Part shown: positions 53,600 to 64,000 of the stretch, one piece after another
How positions within the stretch are numbered: the first letter of the stretch is position 1
Layout of the letters: each line of letters starts with the position of its first letter
From: Octopus vulgaris
Taxonomy: Eukaryota
Direction: 5' to 3'
Length of the DNA stretch: 64,000 nt
Assembly: GCA_951406725.2 (NCBI GenBank)
Contig: OX597824.1
Location: 66,340,001 to 66,404,000, forward strand
Made by a program: the position numbers and the translations under genes
The notes under the pieces: generated by a model
Database searches by the model: none
Seen by the model: only the letters and a program-made list of their open reading frames with translations
What the model was told of the DNA's origin: nothing

Positions 53600-53673
53600 C
53601 ATCACTTGTTAAGGTTGTCTCTAAAGATATTCTATAGAAATTATAGCCAAGAGATAACCTTAACAAGTAGATG
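53600..53673. ncRNA. Isolated 74-nt hairpin (pre-miRNA-like)
   Basis: catcacttgttaaggttgtctct (53600-53622) pairs with agagataaccttaacaagtagatg (53650-53673): 23 bp with one G-U and one bulge, in unique CpG-retaining sequence. Confidence 0.45.
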
Positions 53674-54252
53674 AAGGGAGTGTTTTTTTAGTGTAAACTA
53701 CTTGTAAAATGTACATAAACATGCTTTTTTTGTTTATTTTTTATTTCCACTTATTCCATGTAAACACAGGTTACATACATATATTATAGGTATTGTGTTA
53801 GAGCTGGATACCCTTCTGTGGCTAACTCTTACCAATTGTTCAAGTAAAGGATCTCTTACTTTACAGATTTCCAAAGGCACAAACCAATGGATGATTCATT
53901 GACAAGGGAGACGGTAACATCAACACCTAATAGCTCACAAGTTTTGGTGAAGCACAAATGTAAACAAACACACAGGCATGTATTTGTGTTCACATACACA
54001 CACAAATTCACTCAAGGCTTTGGTCAGGTTGGGGTTATGGTAAAATACACTTGCCTACAGAGCCATGCAATGAGGCTGAACTTGAAACCATGTGGTTGAG
54101 AAGCAAACTTCTGAACCACACAGCCATGTTAGAAATAGAAAATTGAGAGAGTGGGGGAGCAGGGAAGGGAGAGATAGAGCAGAGGGAGGGAAAGAGAGAG
54201 GGCAGGGGAGAGCGGGGGAAGGGAGGGGGAGAGAGCAGGGAGAGGGAGAGAA

Positions 54253-54321
<69 letters not shown>

Positions 54322-55638
54322 GAAACAGTTCTACTTTCCTGCTGAGATTTGGACAGTGTAACTATTAAAAATATTATACATTACAATGTATTAAGCTATA
54401 CATTGCAATGCAACAACTTACAAACCACAGAAAGAAATATAAAATTGAATTAAAATCTGAAATACTAAATGATACATCAAAAAAGGTATCCTATAATAAA
54501 CTGCCTCAAAAAGTACTGGCTAGCCCATGCCACTATTGAAAAGTGGATGTAAAAAACGGTGGTGGTGAAGATGACGTTACACAACTGTTACTTGACAGCC
54601 AGTGCCAGTAGTTTCAAATCTAAGGAACTCAGCATATAGAAATATATGTGAGGTGATAGGTTCATCAAACAATTCCAAAAATTCCACTGAAGAGCAAATC
54701 TCTGAGAGTAACACTTGCCTCCAGGAAAAGAAAATAGAGAGGAGAAGGAGTTAAATGCCAAACTACTGACCACATGGCTGTAATTTCCAAATCTATTACA
54801 TGCATTGCACTATTTCTACAAAGTAAAACATATAAAACAGTCAACAAATATCAACTCTACAATTTCATGTTATAGTCTATGCTTTGCTTAATGTCCAGAG
54901 TTGCTAAAATAATTAAAATGATATTAGTCACTGAGTTAATGTTTTTTTCCCCCCTCACAACATATTTCTAATTAGATTTTTGCTGTTCTTTGCATTAAGC
55001 ATATTACTTTTAACTTATTTAGGCAAATATTCAAACTTACAGAATCCCTCCTACTTATGCTAGCATGGAAAAATGTATGCAAAGCAATAAAGAATAAGAA
55101 AAATATAAAGTAGAAGTTTACAAATTTATTTCAGATGGCTGAGACAAACAGGTAACATAAGAATTTGGCTTTTTTTTTTTAGTTCCTCAACGAAAATCTT
55201 CAAAGAAAAATCAATAGGAAAAAAAATAGTTGGCAGTTACATAAGAAAACCACACACAACGCATAGTTGCTGTGCACCATACCTAAATTTGATTGATAAA
55301 ACTGAAAGAACATGCACTAAACACCTGACAGCAACATGGTTACCATACTAGATAATGACAGTATGCCCGCCTCCTTTCAGCTTCTCAACACATGCTGATG
55401 CAGCAGAAGTAGTGCACTCAATTTGTAACACTTGTTTGACATAGCAACCAAGCCTCTCTCAAATCACACCCTACTGTCTTAAAATGGAAAAAGACAGGAT
55501 AATGTAGATCTAAACATAGAACACCTCAAAAAATGTTGAGAGTCATAGATTAAATAAACTCCTTTGTCCACAGGTCTGCTCATTTAGGATTGGTCAATGG
55601 CTTAGCAACAACTAAAAGTCCTATATTATCATCATCAT

Positions 55639-55866
55639 TTAACCCTTTCATTACCAACCCGGCTGAAACCAGCTCTGGCTCTGAGTACAAATGCCTTGTT
55701 TTCATGAGTTTTGAATTAAAATCTTCCACCAAACCTTAGTCACAGTTTATGTTCGTAACACTAGCTTAATGATAACTAAGTTATTTTACTAAATTCTTTG
55801 TTATATTTGAAGTAATTGAAAGAAACACAGAGCATCTCAAAATAAATACAGTAACGAAAGGGTTAA
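55639..55866. mobile_element. piggyBac-type MITE (220 bp), TTAA TSD, nested in an RTE-tail repeat
   Basis: ttaa|ccctttcattacc ... gtaacgaaaggg|ttaa. Removing it restores atcatcatttaacatctgttttc..ggttggacagtttgacagg. Confidence 0.88.
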
Positions 55867-56491
55867 CATCTGTTTTCTACGGTGACATAGGTTGGACAGT
55901 TTGACAGGATCTAGTGAGCCACAGAACTGTATCATGTCCCATATCAGCTTTAGCATGGTGTCTAAGGCTGGATGACCTTCCTAATGCCTATCACTTTACA
56001 GTATTTACTGGGTGCCTTTTTCATGCCACCAGCACTAGTGGGGTTGCCAAGTAACTTGCAAGACAGGACAGAACAAGAAAAGGGTGAAAGGGGAAAGTCT
56101 TTTTGACTAAGCAGAGAGTATTTAAGAGGATGGAGAGGAGGAAAAATGCAAAGAACAAGTAGAAAAGTCTTGCCATGGAGAAGACATGTGGTTACCTTGA
56201 AATTACATAAGAGTGGGAGGGAATGTCTGGGGAAAATGTAAGATGGTAGTGATTGGTAACCAGAGAAAAAACCCTCATGAAACAAGAATTGATACAGACA
56301 GTAAATCAGGAGGTGGTAGTACAGATGGTTTAGATATTGGGGACGAAGTGACTGTACTGAGTGATGAACAGGAGTGGAGGTGTGGCTAGATGGGAAATAT
56401 CGGTATGGGCAGAAGGTGGATAGAAAGTGAGAGATAAGAGTGGAAAACCAATAGGATCAATGATAACTACTCTAGTGACTGATTTTGAGAG

Positions 56492-56706
56492 TTAACCCCT
56501 TCAGCATTCAGATTGTCAAATGTTATCCTTGTTCATTCACACTTTTTGAATTAATCATGCATTATCTTGTGGCTTTCAATGATGTGATTGTTAATTTTTT
56601 CCAATGACATTGTAGGGTAGATGTGAGGGGCCAGATCTGTCTGGCTTGAACATAAAAAAAAGGTAGAATACTTTATCCTGATATGACTGGTTTAAATGCT
56701 AAAGGA
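56492..56706. mobile_element. Second TTAA MITE family (decayed); opposite-orientation relative ends at 60606
   Basis: ttaacccct tcagcatt ... aaatgctaaagg; internal similarity to the reverse complement of 60420-60606. Confidence 0.6.
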
Positions 56707-57687
56707 GAAATCCTACAGCTTCACATGGCACACTTTTAGTGTGAAATGTTAATGCTGATGAATACAGTAAAAGTTTAACCCCTAACCCATAAAACCTGAT
56801 TTCCTCTTCCCTTTCCACTAAAGTCATTATATATATTTATTTATTTATTTATTCATACACACACACAAAGGGCTTCTTTCAGTTTCTGTCAACTAAATCT
56901 ACTCACAAGGCTTTGATTGACCTGGGATTATAATAGAAGACATTTGCCCAGGGTGCCATGCAGTGGGATTGAACACATGAGCCATGAGGTTGGAAAGCAA
57001 ACTTCTTACCACACAATCACTTCTGCGCATATTTATTTTTAGTTAACACATTCAATGCCCCATGCATTAACATTAATTTATAACTATGGGTGGTCACTTT
57101 TCTCATACTAATGATGATAGATTGACAATTACAATAAAGCTACGTGTTATGGCAGCTCAAAAACAGCAAATCATAATACCACATGACAGCAACAACTGTG
57201 GTTGTTAACACTCATACCATCATCACCATCACTATAACTACCTAGTTCAAAAAAGAAAGAAAGAAGAAAAGAAAATTGAAGTTGGGAAGCAAGGAAGGTT
57301 TGTTAATGTTGAGAAACAACAGATTAGGGTGATTTCTAGAATTATGCTGTGAGTCACTTGAAAACAGAAAATGAGAATTAAATCATTCCATCAATAGTAG
57401 CTATGTGTGAACTTGCATGAGAGAGATAGAGTGTGTGTGTGTGTGTGGGGGGGGTAGTGCATATCTTTGAAAAAAAGATTAGTATTAACAACTAAATATA
57501 TTTCATACAAAGAGCCCAGCCCTTTTCTCTTGTATGTATGCAAACAGGCAGTGTCAAGAAATCTCCTAACCACTTGCCGTTTATCATCAGGAAGACAAAA
57601 TCAACAACAGTTTCATGTTTGGGAGGGCAGGATGCATAAGCCTTTAGGTGGTGCTGTCTGTCTGCAGTGAGAATGCTTGTGCATGTG

Positions 57688-57893
57688 TGGTGGTGGTGGT
57701 GGTGGTGGTGGTGGGGACAGTGCTAACTGTCTGCAATTAGAGGATCTGTGGAGTGGTGGTGGTGGTGGTGATGGCACCTGTCTGTAGTGAACTTTTTTTT
57801 CTTTTTTTGGATAGTGGGGGTGGCATCTATCAACACACAAAGTCTGTGTAGTAGTGATGGTGGTGGTAGTGGTAGTAGTAGTAGTAGTAGTAT
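57688..57893. repeat. (GGT)n/(AGT)n trinucleotide cluster
   Basis: Direct reading. Confidence 0.9.
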
Positions 57894-58217
57894 TTGTCTG
57901 TGGTGAAAGTTGATCTTTTCCTCTCCTTGCTTCTTAAAACTGAGAAATATATTTTGAATCTTTAAATAGGGGGAGGGCAAGATGAGAGCCAAGAGCAACA
58001 AGAAGAGGATAGTAAGAAAGAGCAAAAAAGGAAAGATGAAAAACAAAGAATAAAAAAGATGGAAGAAATAGAATGAAAGACAGAGAGAGAAGAAAAAAGA
58101 AAAGAGCATAACAAAAAAAAGGAGTGGTTGAGAAAGTAAAACAAATGTTAAGAGGAAAGGAAGAAGGGTGAGGAGAAGGCAGAGTGAAAGAAAGGGTCAA
58201 GAAGAGTAAGTGCATAC

Positions 58218-58302
58218 CAGTGTTTTGTAGTATGGATGGCGTCGATTTATGTGTGCATATGCGTGTGAGTGTGTGTGAGAAATATCCGCAAATGATTGAG
58301 CA
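58218..58302 (-). other. Candidate 85-nt exon
   Basis: Acceptor ctgtttctgttgctgtag| and donor CTG|GTATGC; four CpGs in 85 nt. Confidence 0.35.
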
Positions 58303-58927
58303 CTACAGCAACAGAAACAGTTTATAAATAGAACAACTCTCTAGCTGATGACCTCTCTGACCTCTCCTGTAACAACACTGATGAGTTCACCAGTCTTGCT
58401 GCAGAGAGTCTGTAAAGTGATTCAAGGGATGTATATCATCCATCATAAAACTGTCCATTCTCATCACACAGAAATCATTACTTCTCTTAACTCCAGCAGT
58501 CCAGTTCAGCTCAGCCCAGCCTAGCCCAATCCATCCCATTACATCAGCCAAATAAGCTCTACTGACTGTTGAACCTACTTATTTTTAGCAGAATCTCTTA
58601 AGAACTAATATTTCTGTACAATTTGCATGCAAGAAAGATTTTCAGGAAAATAAATAATCAAGACATCATATTGAACAATGGAGAATTATATATCTTCAAA
58701 ACTTCTTCATTACAGTATTATCCCCATTAAATTCACATTAAATTCCAATCCAACACTTGTTTCTGCTGCATAAGTGTCCTAATGTCCTTTGATGTAGCAT
58801 TTATGTGCATTTACTTGGTTCAGTTGCAGTACATATTCATTCAGGGTAGACATTCCTATGCAGTTTTGTTCAAGGTTTTACCCATGTGGGTGGGTGAAAC
58901 AAATTAAGGAATTCGTGGTTAGATAGC

Positions 58928-58986
<59 letters not shown>

Positions 58987-58987
<1 letters not shown>

Positions 58988-59345
58988 GAGAAAAACCACT
59001 ATTATGTAATTCAAACAATGATAGACATAAACCATATCATATAGAAAAAATAAAATATATTATAAAACATATAACTAGATCACAAAAAGTACAAAAATGA
59101 ATAAACAATATATAATAAGTAAAAAGACATTGTTTATTCATTTTTTTGTACTTTTTGTGATCTAGTTATATGTTTTATAATATATTTTAATTTTTCTATA
59201 TGATATGGTTTATGTCTATCATTGTTTGAATTACATAATAGTGGTTTTTCTCTAATTTATATATATTATACATCTATATAGTGAAATTTGATTTAATACT
59301 AAATTGAATTTTTCCCTGTATGTTTGGAGTTATGCTCTCTAATAT
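58987..59345. mobile_element. AT-rich palindromic insertion inside a (TA)n tract
   Basis: Nearly identical inverted arms 58987-59109 and 59129-59253, 19-nt spacer, one-sided extension to about 59345, (TA)n on both sides. Confidence 0.75.
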
Positions 59346-59589
59346 TATATATATATATATATATATACATATTAATTTATAAGTAATTAGAATAAAGTCA
59401 TTATTTAATGATTATCAGTGGGCAGCATATTAAAATACCATAATGGTTAATTTATATTAAAATTATAAGGGTGTTGAATGATTACAACACCAGTCTGCTA
59501 GAAATAGACACCAAATTGCCTATGAACCACTTACTCCAATCGACAAGTTTATTATTATTATTATTATTATAATATATATATAGATAGAT

Positions 59590-59956
59590 GATATGATGAT
59601 GGCCGTCCACTCGTGACCGAGGAAGACCATTGCCAATCTTCAGGAACATTGTGCGCTCTAGGACTAACTTTTATTTTGCATTTGCAGCTCCATTGGTGGC
59701 TAATGAGCCCTGCTCTTGACAAGCATACACGACAAACATTGCAGACCAAGCTTTCCCCATTCACTATATGAGCCGTGCACTTTCGCACAGCTCACTTAAG
59801 TTCTTCATGCTGGATACGTGCTCTCTCAAAAGTGTCGATCCCCTCCTTAACCTGCTTCCTCCATCTGTGGTGATGACAGGCATTGTTCTCCCAGTCAGTG
59901 TCCTGTATATCACAGGCCTTTAATGAGGACTTGACACACTCCTTAAACCAAGGCTG
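59590..59956 (-). mobile_element. RTE-clade LINE 3' end (5'-truncated, fairly young)
   Basis: FKECVKSSLKACDIQDTDWENNACHHHRWRKQVKEGIDTFERARIQHEELK, then CNVCRVCLSRAGLISHQWSCK (C-terminal C2H2-like motif of RTE ORFs), a short 3' UTR and a (CAT) tail. Confidence 0.88.
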
Positions 59957-60054
59957 CGATATAGATAGATAGATACATACATACATACTTACACGTGCGC
60001 ACGAAGGACTATTCCTCTTTATGATGTCTTGATTATATATAACTTAGCATTTAA

Positions 60055-60420
60055 GCAGACATGGTTGTGTAGTAAGAAGCTTTCTTCCCAACCACAGTTT
60101 CAGGTTCTGTGTCCACTGCATGGTACCTTGGCAAGTGTCTTCTACTATATCCTTGGGCTGATCAAAGCCTCGTGAGAGGATTTGGTAGACAGAAACTGAA
60201 ATAACCCCATCACACGTGCACGTGTGTGTGTGTGTGTGTGTGTGTCACCCTCCCCACCATTTGACAACCATAACTTAGCAGTTCAGCAAAAGAGTGATAG
60301 AATAAGTACTAGGCTCAAAAGAATAAGTCCTGGGATCGACTTGTTCAACTATAACCTTTCAAAGCAGTACTGCAGCATGGTTGCAGTCAAATGACTGAAA
60401 CAAGTAAAAGATAAAAGATA
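60055..60420 (+). mobile_element. Full-length family A CORE-SINE, probably inserted into a TTAA MITE
   Basis: Head gtagtaagaagctttcttcccaaccac, CORE-like ggtaccttggcaagtgtcttctactat, (TG)n, tail gtaaaagataaaagata; MITE sequence resumes at 60420-60606. Confidence 0.85.
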
Positions 60421-61466
60421 TCTGGGTCAAATATTGTTTTGGATTCAAACCAACTAGATCCAACCTCTTCCACCTACCCTACAATATCAGTCTAAAAATA
60501 AGCAATCACATCTTTAAAAGCTCAAAGTTATAGGTTAATGCATGGCTAAATCAAAACACTGAATAAATAAGCATTTGACAGAGTAACTTGTATACTAAAG
60601 GGTTAAACTAAGCAACTACTACTCAAAATGCATTTTTCTGAAGCCAGCTCATTGTAGATCAAACCTGTACACTATTAGCTTCATATTTCTAGGCCATTAA
60701 GTAACTAAGCAATATCAATAGCTATCGTTCAACTAACTGGGTCACTGAAACACCATAGTTAACAACAGAGCCTCTATTCAGTTACTCAACCAGCTAACAA
60801 TGGCAACCAAATGCCTTTAGATCACTCTACCATTAACCACTGAGGGAGACTGGTCCCTCAGCCTGGTGGAAATAACAGCCAAATTCATTCTAATCACACC
60901 ATGCCAAGAGCCAATGGGGAAGTGTCTACTTGGTCACTTGATACGCCAGAAACAACTGAATCTCCTTTACAACCCCTACTGTCTTTAAAAAGGAAAAGAC
61001 ACATAAGATAGTTTAGTTATTATCCAACATGATAGGATAATGGCTAGAGCATCTTTAATCACATGTCTTCTCAATCAAGGACTTGGGGAGTAAACAATAA
61101 CTAGTGCATGTAATGTGTTAAAATTAAAGCAGACTTGCAGAATCCATCTTTTTCCAAACCACTAACTCAGCAATACGATATATTTCCAAAGAATAGAGGG
61201 GCTTTTTATGATTAAGGACCAATGCTTTGCTCTAGTTTTGCAAACACTGGATCAGTAAAATTCTTTCCATGATCTGTTGTTGATTCTCAACAATGTAAAT
61301 GTATAGAGGTGCACAAAACTATGTGTACTGCACAAATACACAAACAATTGTAGTGAAACTGAACTTATATATGTGTGTGTGTATATATATATATATATAT
61401 AATTAGTCTGCTACAATTGTATTAATTCAGCCATTCTGGTTCTATAAATGCTAGCTTTGCTTAGAT

Positions 61467-61693
61467 CAGTGGTTCTCAACCATTTTTTATCCCCTAACCA
61501 ACTAACTAACCCCACCCCTTTGATTCCTATTTTACTCAGATGGAGCCATTCTATGTCTAAAAAATCCTATTATATTTTTCAAGTTAAATATTAAAAATTG
61601 TATTAAAAAAATTGTTAAAGATATTTTGTGTATTGTAGACATATAACTAGCTTATATAACTAATCTTATGTGGACACCATTTTAGAACTACAG
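61467..61693. mobile_element. hAT (Charlie-like) MITE, decayed
   Basis: Starts cagtggttctcaacc and ends tttagaactacag; 8-bp TSD gcttagat/acttagat. Confidence 0.7.
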
Positions 61694-63150
61694 ACTTAGA
61701 TCAACTGCCCTTCTCTTCCGGCCTGACTTGGATGCAGTTTACTGATATGAAACCAATGTATTTTAGAGTGAGGAATAAATGAGATGTTATAATGGTCATA
61801 ATCTTCCTGTTGCATTAAAGCAAATGCATATGATACCACAACCAACAGACAGTTTGAGAAATGAATTCTGTCCCTCATACAACATACCTATGATCCAGTT
61901 CAGTAGTTAATGAAATTCATGTTCTAATTCTCAGTGATGTATCTGGGGAGCTGCTTTATTAGCTGGCAGGCTCATCCATCAACAATGGCTTCCAGCAGGA
62001 ATATTATAGAGCTGAATGTTTAGTAACCCATAAGTAATGCTCCTAATTTCTACTAGTAAATTTGTGGAAAAACTTTATGTTGTGCTCAAATGTAAATTTG
62101 ATATTGTATACAGAAAATTTTGGCACAGCCTATCTATCATGGCTAATAAAACTGTAATGGAATATCTTAATGAGGGCCTTATGAAAATCCTACCAACAAA
62201 ATTTTTAATCTTGTGTAAAAATTATTCTAAAGAAAGTATGTTAAAAATATTTTTAGGAATTTTAACAAGATAAACTTATCAAAACCACTACTACTAGGCT
62301 TTAAGGACTTCATGAAAAAAACATTGAATTCCTATAAACTGTTTCAAAAACATTTAATTAATTCTAAGCATAATTATTAATTACTGCATTATTTTTTCAC
62401 ACAACTTTTGTGCACTGACTGCAAAACATGTTTAAACACACACATGCCCTCTTTAGAAGGAATGTTACCCATTTAGTCAGATTCATTGTTTCTTCTCTTC
62501 CCTCACCCACTAGTCTTGGAGGTCTTGAAATGGTCATGGGTGTTCCCCTTCCTTCACTGATGAAGCCATAAGGGGGAAAAAAGTTAATGAGTAGAAAGCT
62601 GAACTGTAACATAAGCTCAGCTTGGCATCGCTTGGCATCATGTGTAAGCCATTATTTATAAATGTTTAAAATGTTATAATATTGATATTATAATTAAATC
62701 ACCTGGAAACCATAAAGATTAGTAATTAATGAAATTCATGTTCAAGATGTGATTAGTTCTAATTAACTATTAATCTATAATGTTGCAACATGACAACTAT
62801 ATCAATACTTACATATCTCGAAACATACGTTGTAATATAATACTAATCTCTGACTTAAATATATCATCACATCTGGGAACACTTATCAGAATCTATTAAA
62901 TATTAATCCCTAACTAAACTACATAAGTAAACAGCACACCTAGAACACACAAGTCACAATGTAATACTAAGCTGTGATTTAACTATTACATCATGACTAA
63001 CTTAAAACTCATAATTATAAATAATCTATAGCAAAACAGAATATATAAGGATCATCAGATCTAGAAAAAATACATAAATTGTACTCATAACTATATCAGG
63101 ATCATCACATATAAATTGTTTACCTAAATAAAATTAGGGAGCCTCTACAT

Positions 63151-63369
63151 CAGTGGTTTTCAACCAGGGTTCCGCGGAACCTTAGAGTTCCGCCAGTACA
63201 GTCTAGGGGTTCCGCAAGAAGTTACAAAACTGCTAAAATTGGCAGTAATTTTTAATTCTCCTGTGCAGATATGTGTGCATAAGACTATTAAATTATTGCA
63301 CAGGGGTTCCTCGAGCCAGTGAAATGTTTCCTTGGGGTTTTGCTCCAGCAAAAAGTTTGAAAAGCACTG
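63151..63369. mobile_element. Young hAT (Charlie-like) MITE nested in a family D repeat
   Basis: TIRs cagtggttttcaacc / gtttgaaaagcactg, perfect 8-bp TSD ctctacat (63143-63150, 63370-63377), subterminal ggggttccgc motifs. Confidence 0.9.
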
Positions 63370-63597
63370 CTCTACATAGTCATGTGGTATGTTAGAATTA
63401 GCTTCCAAATCTCCCTCAAATCATACCCTACTATCTTAGAGAAGAACACAGTGGACAATGTGGTCCTGGACACACTTTGCCTCAGAAAAAGACAAGATGG
63501 TCATAGATGGAGCGCCTGTCATCCAGGGCTGTAGAGTTGAAGTCATGGAGCCAGGAGGAATTGACTGAAGTGGAGTTCATAAAAATGTACTTACTGG

Positions 63598-64000
63598 TTA
63601 ATCCTTTTGATACCAAATTGCCAGAAACTGCCTTTGGCTCTATGATACAAATTCCTTGGTTTATAGAGATTTTAATTAACACCAGATTAATAATAATTTA
63701 AAATTTTGACACAAAGCCAGTAATTCCTGGGGGAAGGGGCAAGTCAATTACATCAAGCCAGTGCTCAACCGGTACTTAGTTAATCGACTCCAAAAGGGTG
63801 AAAAGCAAAGTTGACCTTGGCAGAATTTGAACTCAGAACATAAAGATGGACAAAATGCTTACCAGCATGCTAATGATCCAGCCAGCTCTACCTTACACCA
63901 GATTAATAATGATAAACTTATTTTATTAAATTCATTATTTCCAAAATTAACTGAAACAAATGCAGTGTATTTTAACAGAAATATGGTAACAAAAGGGTTT
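63598..64000. mobile_element. TTAA MITE (220-bp family) interrupted by a family B SINE (63695-63894, minus)
   Basis: MITE ends ttaatccttttgatacc and ggtaacaaaagggttt. The SINE is flanked by the 16-bp TSD acaccagattaataat (63679-63694, 63895-63910). Confidence 0.85.

Noticed and set aside
58378-58410. Other CTGATGA heptamers (also near 7391, 9967, 56756, 62558) as hammerheads
   Set aside because: No properly paired stem II followed by GAAA.

Overview
AT-rich, CpG-depleted, repeat-dense eukaryotic DNA. The repeat families (CORE-type and Meta-type tRNA SINEs, RTE and CR1 3' ends, TTAA MITEs) and the microsatellite load point to an octopus (coleoid cephalopod) genome; this is recognition from memory, not a database hit. 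There is no complete protein-coding gene. Almost all ORFs in the track are microsatellite or low-complexity artefacts, apart from mariner, maT/Tc1, RTE and CR1 relics. The window looks like the 5' part and long introns of a large minus-strand gene. A CpG-retaining island (about 35.0-37.6 kb) holds a probable first exon ending at 36669, and a well-delimited 331-nt second exon lies at 32612-32282. Weaker candidates are a recursive splice point at 17659 and a micro/short exon ending at 4338. The most unusual signal is three long fold-back (palindromic) insertions. Two have exact 12-bp target-site duplications, a one-sided tail and minimal type I hammerhead-ribozyme motifs, the architecture of Penelope-like element termini. 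One of these carries a tRNA-derived Pol III head, and the other has the compensatory G3:C8 hammerhead core. Two isolated pre-miRNA-like hairpins and a 15-to-30-to-34-bp higher-order minisatellite are also noted.
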